DNA of 64,000 nucleotides from Nitrospirota bacterium (lineage in GTDB: Bacteria > Nitrospirota > Thermodesulfovibrionia > UBA6902 > DSMQ01): contig JACQXB010000023.1 of assembly GCA_016208965.1 (NCBI GenBank), positions 95,474-159,473 of the forward strand, read 5' to 3'. Under the pieces are notes generated by a model. It ran no database searches. It had not been told where the DNA came from and saw only the letters and a list, made by a program, of their open reading frames with translations. The translations under genes were made by a program, and so were the position numbers. Each line of letters opens with the position of its first letter. Position 1 is the stretch's first letter. This document shows positions 44,341 through 52,674 of the stretch, in pieces.

Positions 44341-44376
44341 TAGCATTTAGCTTTTAGCTCTTAGCTTATAGCTTCC
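44341..44376. repeat. AGCT-core heptamer tandem
   Basis: TAGCATTTAGCTTTTAGCTCTTAGCTTATAGCTTCC, directly upstream of the lexA-like start. Confidence 0.65.
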
Positions 44377-44382
44377 ATGTTA

Positions 44383-44417
44383 ATACAAACTGTATCATGG
44401 TGTATAAAAAAAGTCAA
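44383..44417 (-). promoter_or_regulatory. Candidate lexA-like promoter with overlapping palindromic operator
   Basis: Minus strand reads TTGACT-N17-TACAGT. The perfect palindrome ATACA-AAC-TGTAT (44383-44395) overlaps the -10, and TGTAT repeats at 44401-44405. Confidence 0.35.
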
Positions 44418-44512
44418 GCCCCGAAGGTTTTCAATAGAGTGGCTAAGAAAGTGGATTCTTACAAGCATGGACCATGTCCGCGTGAAATACTTATGAAAGC
44501 AGATATGCTAAA

Positions 44513-45367
44513 ATGTTTCATATGAAAATACTTTTTTCAAAAAAATGCCTTGAATACTCCCAGCCCGGACATCCTGAATCACCCCAGAGAGTAAGCTTTA
44601 CATATGAGTATCTTAAAGATAAAGGTTTTGAATTTATAGAGCCGACTCCATGCAGTGAAGAGGACATACTATTAGCACACACGTCTGATCTTCTTCAGGA
44701 AGTAAAAAACGGAATTTTTTTTGATTCAGATACACCTGCATACCAAAATATATTTGAGCATGCAATGCTTTCTGCTGGAAGTGCAATAAATGCGGCAATG
44801 TTTGCATTGAAAGGCGAAAGGTCTTTTTCTCTTATGCGTCCGCCAGGACATCATGCAACAAGAAATAATCTTGGGGGATTCTGCTATTTTAACAACATTG
44901 CAATAGCCTCTTTAAAGGCTAAAGAACAGGTTGAAAGGATAGCAATTGTTGATTTTGACTGCCATCATGGAAACGGTACAGAAGATATTCTTCTTAACAA
45001 AAAAAACTTTCTATATCTTTCCCTGCATCAAAGCCCGTTATACCCGGGCACAGGGCTTACAAGCAGGGGAAACTGCGTCAATTATCCCCTGCCTCCGGGC
45101 ACCACTCCTTCAGAATATCTTTCTACGTTTGAGGAAGGATTAAGCAAAGTTAAAGAGTTCAACCCTGATTTGCTTGCAATATCAGCAGGGTTTGATACCT
45201 ATAAGCTTGACCCTATAACAAATATTTTACTGGAAAAAGAAACATACAGGGAAATCGGAAAGATGCTCTCTTCCCTTGGGAAACCTGCATTTGCAATACT
45301 TGAAGGAGGATACAGCAAAGACATGCCTGAATGTGTGTATGAGTTTTTAATCGGGCTTGGGGCTTAG
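44513..45367 (+). CDS. Histone deacetylase-family (AcuC/acetylpolyamine amidohydrolase-like) protein
   Basis: RPPGHHA, DFDCHHGNGT and EGGY zinc/active-site motifs. The start may be ATG 44522. Confidence 0.85.
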   Translation: MFHMKILFSKKCLEYSQPGHPESPQRVSFTYEYLKDKGFEFIEPTPCSEEDILLAHTSDLLQEVKNGIFFDSDTPAYQNIFEHAMLSAGSAINAAMFALKGERSFSLMRPPGHHATRNNLGGFCYFNNIAIASLKAKEQVERIAIVDFDCHHGNGTEDILLNKKNFLYLSLHQSPLYPGTGLTSRGNCVNYPLPPGTTPSEYLSTFEEGLSKVKEFNPDLLAISAGFDTYKLDPITNILLEKETYREIGKMLSSLGKPAFAILEGGYSKDMPECVYEFLIGLGA

Positions 45368-45726
45368 GTTTCCCCAAAAGCCTCTCTTACAGCGTCAAGC
45401 AGGGCGTCAGGGCTAAATGGTTTTTCAATATAATTAAATGCCCCTAATTTTAATGCCTTCACTGCTATCTCAACTGTGCTATACCCTGTTATCATTATGA
45501 CCTTTGTATCAAGGCATCTCTTTTTGATTTCCATAAGAACCTCAATGCCATCCATATCAGGCATCTTTAAGTCAAGCAGGATAAGCGGGAAACACTCCTT
45601 CTCAAGAAGTTCAAGTCCTTCTTTTCCGCTTGATATAGTTACCACGTTATAGCCTTGAGGGACAAGTGTCCGTTCACAGCTTATTCTTATAATATCCTCA
45701 TCATCTATAACTAATACTTTCTTCAT
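45364..45726 (-). CDS. Single-domain response regulator (CheY-like receiver)
   Basis: VLVIDDE...LILLDLKMPDMDG...K receiver motifs. 120 aa with no output domain. Confidence 0.88.
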   Translation of the reverse strand: MKKVLVIDDEDIIRISCERTLVPQGYNVVTISSGKEGLELLEKECFPLILLDLKMPDMDGIEVLMEIKKRCLDTKVIMITGYSTVEIAVKALKLGAFNYIEKPFSPDALLDAVREAFGET

Positions 45727-47324
45727 ACTTTCTCCTCCTCCAGCGGCAGCCTGATAAAAAAGCTTGCGCCTTTGCCGATTGTGCTTTTTACAAGCATACT
45801 TCCTCCATAATTTTTTACAATGCCATGACTTACGGAAAGCCCTAGCCCTGTTCCCTTGCCAACAGGCTTTGTTGTAAAAAACGGTTCAAAAAGTTTATCA
45901 AGGTGCTCTTCTGGAATCCCGCAGCCTGTGTCTGCAAATTCTATCTCAACAAACGGCTTATCGTCTGCAGTAATTCTGCGGGTCGCAATAGTTACGGTGC
46001 CTCTTTCATTCATTGCATCTGCGGCATTTATAAGCATATTAAGGAATATCTGCTGAATTTGTGATGCGTCACCGAGTGTAGTAAATGACTGCCTGCTGTC
46101 TATAGTTATATCAAACTTTATGTTATGAAACTTCTCCTGATTCTTTACCATATATATGGTTCGGCTTAACAGCTCATTTATAGCTACGCTACCTTTCTCA
46201 GAAGGTGTTGCCCTTGAAAATGTTAACAGTCCTCTTATTATTTTTGCGCATCTTTCAGCCTGCTCAATTATTACTTTAAGGTCTTCTGCATCTTCACTCT
46301 CAGGCGGGAGTCGTTTCAACATAAGATGTGCAAATGTCACAATTCCTGTTAATGGATTATTTATCTCATGCGCCACGCCTGCTGCCATCCTCCCGAGAGA
46401 TGAAAGTTTTTCTGTTTGCAGCAGCCCTGCATGTGTCTTTTGTATTTCTTCTGTTTTCTTTTTCACCTCTTCCTCAAGGCTCTGTGTCCACCGCTCCTGC
46501 TGTCGTCTTGCTGCCTTGATATCTTTTGTCATTAAGTTGAATGCAGTGGCTAAGACACCTATCTCGTCCTCGGTCATTACAGGAACAGAGTAATCAAAAT
46601 CACCTGCTGCTATTTTCTCCATTCCTTGTTTGAGCTGACTGACAGGTTTAGATACAAAGTTATAGAGGATTATACCGAGAGAGACAGAAATCGCCACAAT
46701 AAAGATAAATACATAGCCTGTGAGTGCAAGCCCTTGTCTGAATTTAGCCTTATCAAGAAGGGCAAGGGATAAATCCGCCTCTACAAACCCGAGTATCTTC
46801 TGCTCAGGCGGATGCACATGACACTTTGCTGTATAGCATGATGGATTGTTTGGTATTGGTTCAACAATTTTCAGTACCCTGAAATCCCTGCCTTTATACA
46901 CAGTCCACTTCTGCGGGTTTTGTATTAACACAGATGAAGTCTCCGGCTCTATATGACACCCTTCACAAGAAATAGATTTTTTATTAACTAAACCGCCTAC
47001 ATCTTCTTTTCTTGAAGAAAAGAAAACCCTGCCTTTATGGTCAAATATCTTTACCTTTTCTACTCCCTCTGCTATACTTATGTTTTCAAGGGTGTACTGA
47101 ATAGCGTCTCTTTGAAATGTGAGCATACTATGGCTGGTGCTGTCCTTTATATAGTCTATAAATGAACTGCCATACTTTAGAGCAATTGCCATAAGGTCTT
47201 TCTCCTGCTTATATGATAGTGCATACCAGAAAATGAAACTTCCTACCGTCATAATTACCCCTATGGCAATTATGAGTTTCGCAGCAAGAGATTTTGCAGG
47301 ATGGTAAAGGCTGTAATTCTTCAT
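45723..47324 (-). CDS. Sensor histidine kinase with a Cys/His-rich periplasmic domain (CxxCH motif), HAMP, HisKA and HATPase
   Basis: Periplasmic segment lies between two TM helices and contains CEGCH and CYTAKCH. H-box [11 protein letters not shown]-box NAADAM, G-boxes DTGCGI and GTGLGLSV. Confidence 0.88.
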   Translation of the reverse strand: MKNYSLYHPAKSLAAKLIIAIGVIMTVGSFIFWYALSYKQEKDLMAIALKYGSSFIDYIKDSTSHSMLTFQRDAIQYTLENISIAEGVEKVKIFDHKGRVFFSSRKEDVGGLVNKKSISCEGCHIEPETSSVLIQNPQKWTVYKGRDFRVLKIVEPIPNNPSCYTAKCHVHPPEQKILGFVEADLSLALLDKAKFRQGLALTGYVFIFIVAISVSLGIILYNFVSKPVSQLKQGMEKIAAGDFDYSVPVMTEDEIGVLATAFNLMTKDIKAARRQQERWTQSLEEEVKKKTEEIQKTHAGLLQTEKLSSLGRMAAGVAHEINNPLTGIVTFAHLMLKRLPPESEDAEDLKVIIEQAERCAKIIRGLLTFSRATPSEKGSVAINELLSRTIYMVKNQEKFHNIKFDITIDSRQSFTTLGDASQIQQIFLNMLINAADAMNERGTVTIATRRITADDKPFVEIEFADTGCGIPEEHLDKLFEPFFTTKPVGKGTGLGLSVSHGIVKNYGGSMLVKSTIGKGASFFIRLPLEEEKV

Positions 47325-47405
47325 AATTTAATTATAAAGGTCTGTCAATATTTTTAAAAGGATATTTTTATAAATTTTATAAATAAGTTAATAAGAACCT
47401 AAAGA

Positions 47406-47435
47406 TTGACAGAAACGGATAACTTCAGGTATAAA
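47406..47435 (+). promoter_or_regulatory. Candidate sigma-70 promoter of the nuo operon
   Basis: TTGACA-N18-TATAAA, ending 11 nt before the nuoA ATG. No Shine-Dalgarno is visible. Confidence 0.4.
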
Positions 47436-47446
47436 ATCAAATTGAT

Positions 47447-47818
47447 ATGCCTGGAACTTATATCCCAATAAATTATCTCCCTGTATTAATAATCTTAATT
47501 GCAGCCACATTGATTGGTCTCGCTCCTTTACTTATTGGCATAATCTTAAGACCACGAAGACCTTATCCAGCAAAACTTTCTCCTTATGAATCGGGGATTC
47601 CCCCTGTTGGAGAGCCGCGGGAGAGATTTTCTGTGAAGTTTTATATCATCGCAATGCTTTTTGTGGTATTTGATGTTGAGGCGGTTTTTCTCTATCCATG
47701 GGCTGTAGCATATGACAAAATAGGACTCTATAGTTTTATAGAGATGATGATTTTCATATATATCCTCCTCGTAGGATATATATATGCATGGGGAAAGGGA
47801 GCGATTGAGTGGGAGTGA
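47447..47818 (+). CDS. nuoA: NADH-quinone oxidoreductase subunit A
   Basis: Three TM helices with YESGI and FDVE...YPW motifs. Confidence 0.92.
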   Translation: MPGTYIPINYLPVLIILIAATLIGLAPLLIGIILRPRRPYPAKLSPYESGIPPVGEPRERFSVKFYIIAMLFVVFDVEAVFLYPWAVAYDKIGLYSFIEMMIFIYILLVGYIYAWGKGAIEWE

Positions 47819-48435
47819 GAAAAAGTAAAGAGTTACGAGTTACGAGTTACGAGTTAGGTAACAAAGACAAAAACACAGAATACAGTCGGCTCAGGCGACC
47901 CGCCGTGGCAGGAACACAGAACACAGATACCGCATCATTAATAGAGGTAGAGGAAGGCATAAAGATAATACCCGGGGCGAATACGATTATTACCACCCTT
48001 GATAAAGTTGTAAACTGGGGCAGAAAATCAGCTCTCTGGCCAATGACCTTCGGGCTTGCCTGCTGTGCTATTGAGATGATGACTACTGGTTCAAGCTATT
48101 ATGACCTTGACCGTTTTGGAATTATTTTCAGGGCATCGCCGAGACAGTCAGATGCAATTATCGTAGCAGGCACTGTAACAAAGAAGATGGCACCCGTTGT
48201 CAGAAGGGTCTATGACCAAATGCCGGAACCGAGATATGTAATAGCAATGGGAAGCTGTGCATCTTCAGGTGGGATATTTGATACATACTCTGTTGTTCAG
48301 GGGTGTGACAGCTTTCTGCCGGTTGATGTTTATATCCCAGGATGTCCTCCTCGCCCCGAGGCTTTGATAGAAGGATTATTGAAACTCCAGAAGAAGATAA
48401 GTCAGGAAAAACTCAGGTGGAGTAGGTGGAGATAG
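47809..48435 (+). CDS. nuoB: NADH-quinone oxidoreductase subunit B
   Basis: [27 protein letters not shown] and GCPPRP cluster N2 motifs. The N-terminal extension is encoded by low-complexity repeats. Confidence 0.93.
   Translation: MGVRKSKELRVTSYELGNKDKNTEYSRLRRPAVAGTQNTDTASLIEVEEGIKIIPGANTIITTLDKVVNWGRKSALWPMTFGLACCAIEMMTTGSSYYDLDRFGIIFRASPRQSDAIIVAGTVTKKMAPVVRRVYDQMPEPRYVIAMGSCASSGGIFDTYSVVQGCDSFLPVDVYIPGCPPRPEALIEGLLKLQKKISQEKLRWSRWR
47826..47930. repeat. Low-complexity repeats encoding the nuoB N-terminal extension
   Basis: (GAGTTAC)x3, then CACAGAATACAG...CACAGAACACAGATAC, in frame as [10 protein letters not shown]...NTEYS...GTQNTDT. Confidence 0.7.
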
Positions 48436-48460
48436 GGTTTAATAAAAGGAGGGAAACACA

Positions 48461-48907
48461 ATGAAGGTAAAAGATCTGCTTGCGTTAAAAGGTAGAGAGG
48501 TTATCTCTATGGAGTTAGACACTACTGTTGAGTCCGCAGTAAAAACAATGAGCAACAGACAGATTAGTGCCATATTGGTTACAAGCAGTGGTAAACCAGT
48601 AGGAATATTTACAGAGAGGGATGTCTTGAGATGCTATATAAAAACAGATGGGAAGCCATTTGGTGAGGTGCTGATTAAAGAGGCTATGACAACAGACCTT
48701 ATTGTGGCAGAACCAGAAGAGGAGTTAGACAATATAATGGGTATCATGATAGAAAAAAATATTAGACATCTTCCTGTAGTTGAAAAGGAGAGAGTAATAG
48801 GTATGTTGTCTATCCGCGATATTCTGAAGACTCAGGTTAGTAATATGCGGACGGAGATTCATTATATGAAAGATTATATAGCAGGGACGTTTATATCAGA
48901 GGGATGA
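48461..48907 (+). CDS. CBS-domain pair protein embedded in the nuo operon
   Basis: Two CBS motifs (ILVTSSGKPVGIFTERDVLR; HLPVVEKERVIGMLSIRDIL). Its stop overlaps the nuoC start (ATGA). Confidence 0.85.
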   Translation: MKVKDLLALKGREVISMELDTTVESAVKTMSNRQISAILVTSSGKPVGIFTERDVLRCYIKTDGKPFGEVLIKEAMTTDLIVAEPEEELDNIMGIMIEKNIRHLPVVEKERVIGMLSIRDILKTQVSNMRTEIHYMKDYIAGTFISEG

Positions 48908-49467
48908 TTATGGAAGCACGAGAGATTGCAGAGGCAATAAAGGAAAGATTTCAACTGGAGGTTAAAGATATTCAGGAATTTCGCGGACAGGTATCTGTAA
49001 TAATTAAAAAAGAGAGAATACATGAAATAATGAAATATCTGTATGACACGGCTGAGTTCTGCTTTGATTATCTTCAGGACCTTTGCGGAGTGGATTATCT
49101 TGACAAAAAAGAAAAAAGATTTGAAATAGTCTATCACCTGTATTCCTTCAGGCACAGACACATGATAAGGATAAAAGCAGAGGTGCCTGAAGATGACATG
49201 TTTATTAATAGTGTGGTATGTATCTGGGCAGGCGCGAACTGGCACGAAAGGGAAGCTTACGATATGTACGGAATTGTATTTAAGGGACATCCGGATTTAA
49301 GGCGGATTCTTATGCCTGAAGACTGGGAGGGCTTCCCCCTGAGAAAGGATTATCCGCTAAGAGGACCGGAAGGCTGGGAGTGGAAAGGCATTAAGGAGAT
49401 TGAGGAATTACATACACATGATGATGAAAGGGGTATTAAGACAGGGTTCAAGGGGTCAAGGGACTGA
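48904..49467 (+). CDS. nuoC: NADH-quinone oxidoreductase subunit C
   Basis: ANWHEREAYDMYGIVFKGHPDLRRIL and PLRKDYPL motifs. Confidence 0.92.
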   Translation: MIMEAREIAEAIKERFQLEVKDIQEFRGQVSVIIKKERIHEIMKYLYDTAEFCFDYLQDLCGVDYLDKKEKRFEIVYHLYSFRHRHMIRIKAEVPEDDMFINSVVCIWAGANWHEREAYDMYGIVFKGHPDLRRILMPEDWEGFPLRKDYPLRGPEGWEWKGIKEIEELHTHDDERGIKTGFKGSRD

Positions 49468-49540
49468 TACTAAAAGTGTCAAAGTATCAAGGTATCAAAG
49501 CGTCAAAGACTCCGATACTCTGTCACTCTGATACTTCCTT
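49468..49540. repeat. Low-complexity tandem-oligomer hairpin (GTATCAAA/GATAC arms) between nuoC and nuoD
   Basis: GTGTCAAAGTATCAAGGTATCAAAGCGTCAAAGACTCCGATACTCTGTCACTCTGATACTTCC. Confidence 0.7.
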
Positions 49541-49563
49541 AAATCCTCGAACCCTTTTTAAAA

Positions 49564-50784
49564 ATGGGAACCACAAAGTATAGTTTAAATAACGATGTAA
49601 AGAGTGGTTCTTTAGCTACTGAGGAACTCACACTTAGCTTTGGTCCACAGCACCCTGCTGCTCATGGGGTGCTCAGGTTAGTGCTTCAGCTTAATGGTGA
49701 AACCGTTGTTAGATGCACTCCATATGTTGGTTATCTTCACAGGGGCATTGAAAAGCTTGCAGAGCATAGAAATTATTTTCAAATAATACCGCTTACTGAC
49801 CGTCTGGATTATGTCTCATCAATGACTAACAACATTGGATACTGTATTGTTGTGGAAAAACTATTTGGGATTGATGTGCCTGAAAGGGCAAAGTTCATAA
49901 GAACCATTGCGGCAGAAATGTCCCGAATATTAAGCCATCTGCTGTGGCTTGGAACACATGCACTGGATATCGGAGCAATGACGGTATTCCTTTATTGCTT
50001 CAGGGAAAGGGAAAAATTCATAGATCTCTTTGAAAGACTTTGTGGGGCAAGGCTTACTGTAAGTTATCCACGAATAGGCGGAGTAAGAAACGATATAGGT
50101 AATAACTGGTTAGAAGACCTTTACAAACTTACAGAAGAATTCCCCATGAGGATTGAACAGTATGAGACGCTTATAGATAAAAACCGTATATGGTTAAGAA
50201 GGACAAAAGGCATTGGTGTTATCTCTGCAGAAGATGCAATAAACATGGGACTAAGCGGACCACTCCTCAGAGGCTCAGGAGTAGCATACGATGTGAGAAA
50301 ATTTATGCCATACAGTGCCTATGACAAGGTCAAATGGGAAGTCCCTATAGGTAAAAACGGAGATGTTTACGACCGTTACCGTGTGAGGATGGAGGAGTTC
50401 AGACAGTCAAATTCAATTATAAGGCAGTGCATAGAGAAAATCTCTTCAGGTCCGATTATGGCTCAGGCACCGAAGTTTATATTGCCGCCAAAAGATAAGG
50501 TCTTAACCGATATAGAACACCTCATACACCATTTTGTCCTCATAACAAAGGGGGCACAGACTGCCCATCATGGAGAGATTTATGTTGCTACAGAGGTTCC
50601 AAAAGGGGAGTTGGGTTTTTATATTGTAAGTGACGGCACAGGCAAACCATATCGCATGAGGATAAGGGCTCCGTCCTTTGTGCATATATCAGCACTGCCA
50701 AAACTTTGCGAAGGAGCTCTGGTAGCTGATGTAGTTGCAAATATAGGAAGCATAGATATAGTGCTTGGAGAATGTGATAGATAA
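49564..50784 (+). CDS. nuoD: NADH-quinone oxidoreductase subunit D
   Basis: [23 protein letters not shown] and the C-terminal [13 protein letters not shown] motif. Confidence 0.95.
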   Translation: MGTTKYSLNNDVKSGSLATEELTLSFGPQHPAAHGVLRLVLQLNGETVVRCTPYVGYLHRGIEKLAEHRNYFQIIPLTDRLDYVSSMTNNIGYCIVVEKLFGIDVPERAKFIRTIAAEMSRILSHLLWLGTHALDIGAMTVFLYCFREREKFIDLFERLCGARLTVSYPRIGGVRNDIGNNWLEDLYKLTEEFPMRIEQYETLIDKNRIWLRRTKGIGVISAEDAINMGLSGPLLRGSGVAYDVRKFMPYSAYDKVKWEVPIGKNGDVYDRYRVRMEEFRQSNSIIRQCIEKISSGPIMAQAPKFILPPKDKVLTDIEHLIHHFVLITKGAQTAHHGEIYVATEVPKGELGFYIVSDGTGKPYRMRIRAPSFVHISALPKLCEGALVADVVANIGSIDIVLGECDR

Positions 50785-50786
50785 AA

Positions 50787-50819
50787 AGCTTATAGCTGAC
50801 AGCTATTAGCTTTAAGCTA
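50787..50819. repeat. AGCT-core heptamer tandem between nuoD and nuoE
   Basis: AGCTTATAGCTGACAGCTATTAGCTTTAAGCTA. Confidence 0.7.
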
Positions 50820-50826
50820 AAAATTT

Positions 50827-51291
50827 ATGTTTAAAGAGACTATTTTAAAAGAGATTGACGATATAAAGGCAAGGTATCCTGACCCTAAGAGTGCACTGCT
50901 GCCAACCCTGTATATTGCCCAGAGGGAGTTTGGATGGCTGAGCCATGAGGCTATGCATGTTGTTGCACAGTCACTGAACTTACCTGAGGCAATGGTTCGG
51001 GGAACTGCATCTTTTTATACCATGTTTAAGCATAAACCAATGGGGCGACACCTTATACAATTGTGCACTAATGTATCATGTATGATTTTAGGCGCTGAAA
51101 GGCTTGTAGATTTCCTTAAAAATAGATACAGTTTAGAACCTAATATCACAACCACGGACAGAAGGTTCTCACTCGTGATAATGGAATGCATCGGTGCATG
51201 TGATCGTGGACCGGCAATGCTGGTAAATACAGATTTTCATGACAGTCTTACAGAGGAGAGGATAGAAGAGATACTGGAGAAATATAAATAA
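50827..51291 (+). CDS. nuoE: NADH-quinone oxidoreductase subunit E (2Fe-2S)
   Basis: Thioredoxin-like 2Fe-2S pattern: C..SC...G, then ECIGACDRGPAM. Confidence 0.93.
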   Translation: MFKETILKEIDDIKARYPDPKSALLPTLYIAQREFGWLSHEAMHVVAQSLNLPEAMVRGTASFYTMFKHKPMGRHLIQLCTNVSCMILGAERLVDFLKNRYSLEPNITTTDRRFSLVIMECIGACDRGPAMLVNTDFHDSLTEERIEEILEKYK

Positions 51292-51304
51292 GGATTACTC
51301 ATGT

Positions 51305-51369
51305 GTCATTCCCGCAAAAGCGGGAATCCAGAAAAAAGGAACTGGATTCCGCATCAAGTGCGGAATGAC
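51305..51369. repeat. GTCATTCC...GGAATGAC compound palindrome (REP-like) between nuoE and nuoF
   Basis: GTCATTCCCGCAAAAGCGGGAATCCAG-AAAAAAGGAA-CTGGATTCCGCATCAAGTGCGGAATGAC. Confidence 0.85.
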
Positions 51370-51384
51370 AGGCAGAAAATCATT

Positions 51385-52644
51385 ATGGAAAAGATACTAT
51401 TAAAGAACATAGAAAATCCAGACTCTGCTGATATAAACGAATATATAAATGTCGGTGGATACAAAAACCTCTCAAAGGCTTTTGAATATCAGCCAAAGGA
51501 CGTAATCGAAGAAGTAAAAAAATCAGGGCTTAGAGGCAGAGGCGGTGCAGGGTTTCCAACAGGCATGAAATGGAGTTTTGCCGATGCTGACCCGAAATTT
51601 CCAAAGTATCTTGTTTGTAATGCTGACGAAGGCGAGCCCGGTACATTTAAAGACAGGCCGATCCTTGAGAAAAACCCTCATCTATTAATAGAAGGCTTGA
51701 TTATCTCAGGATATGCGATTAGAGCTGAATATGGTTATATCTATCTCAGGGGCGAATATCCTTATGCAAAAGAAGTTCTCAACAGGGCTATAAGGCAGGC
51801 TTATGAAAAGAATTATCTTGGGGACAATGTCCTCGGCAAAAATATAAAATTCCACCTCGCTGTATATCAAGGTGCAGGGGCATATATATGTGGTGAAGAG
51901 ACAGCCCTTATTGAATCCCTTGAGGGTAAAAAGGGACAGCCCAGAATAAAGCCACCGTTCCCGGTTAATGTTGGTGCATGGGGTATGCCCACTATTGTCA
52001 ATAACGTAGAAACGTTGTCTAATGTCCCGTATATTATTGAGGCAGGTGCTGTGGCATATTCACAGATAGGGAGTAAGGATTGTCCCGGACCGAAATTATA
52101 CTGCATAAGCGGCTGTGTTGAAAAACCGGGTGTGTATGAGCTACCCATGGGTATATCTCTCAGGAATATAATTTATACTCATGCAGGGGGTATTAAAGAT
52201 GGCAAGAAACTTAAGGCAGTAATCCCCGGCGGTATTTCAACGTCTGTGCTTCCCGCAGATAAGATAGACTGTCCAATGGATTTTGTATCAATGCCAAAGC
52301 ACGGCAGCATGCTCGGCTCAGGGGCAGTAATTGTTATGGATGAGTCGGTATGTATGGTAAAGGTAACTTACAGAGCATTAAAGTTCTTTGAACACGAATC
52401 CTGCGGTAAATGCGTTCCGTGCAGAGAAGGCACGGAATGGCTCAGGAAAATACTTGAGAGAATAGAGCAAGGTATGGGTAGAGAAGGAGATATTGAGCTC
52501 TTAAGTGATGTATCAGAAACCATATCAGGCAGGACATTTTGTCCTCTCGGAGACGGTGCAGCAGGTGTGGTCATTGGCATGTTAAAACACTTCAGGCATG
52601 AGTTTGAAGAACATATAAAAAATGCAAAATGCATTTTTAGCTGA
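51385..52644 (+). CDS. nuoF: NADH-quinone oxidoreductase subunit F (FMN/NADH-binding)
   Basis: GLRGRGGAGFPTG, NADEGEPGTFKDR and ESCGKCVPCREG motifs. Start taken at MEKILLKN; residues upstream in the track ORF are a translated palindromic repeat. Confidence 0.95.
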   Translation: MEKILLKNIENPDSADINEYINVGGYKNLSKAFEYQPKDVIEEVKKSGLRGRGGAGFPTGMKWSFADADPKFPKYLVCNADEGEPGTFKDRPILEKNPHLLIEGLIISGYAIRAEYGYIYLRGEYPYAKEVLNRAIRQAYEKNYLGDNVLGKNIKFHLAVYQGAGAYICGEETALIESLEGKKGQPRIKPPFPVNVGAWGMPTIVNNVETLSNVPYIIEAGAVAYSQIGSKDCPGPKLYCISGCVEKPGVYELPMGISLRNIIYTHAGGIKDGKKLKAVIPGGISTSVLPADKIDCPMDFVSMPKHGSMLGSGAVIVMDESVCMVKVTYRALKFFEHESCGKCVPCREGTEWLRKILERIEQGMGREGDIELLSDVSETISGRTFCPLGDGAAGVVIGMLKHFRHEFEEHIKNAKCIFS

Positions 52645-52671
52645 CAGCCATCAGCTATCAGCTATTAGCTA
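52639..52671. repeat. AGCT-core heptamer tandem between nuoF and nuoG
   Basis: AGCTGACAGCCATCAGCTATCAGCTATTAGCTA, overlapping the nuoF stop. Confidence 0.7.
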
Positions 52672-52674
52672 ATT

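Noticed and set aside
44340-44512. Looked for an att-type direct repeat of the tRNA-Asn 3' end (GGTTCGAATCCCTCCCCGGGAGCCA) marking the right island border.
   Set aside because: No convincing copy was seen by eye here or elsewhere between 35.0 and 44.5 kb. A computational search is still needed, so the island is not called an integrative element.
51301-51384. N-terminal extension of nuoF in the ORF track (MCHSRKSGNPEKRNWIPHQVRNDRQKII).
   Set aside because: This is the translation of the GTCATTCC...GGAATGAC palindrome. Conserved NuoF sequence begins at MEKILLKN (51385).
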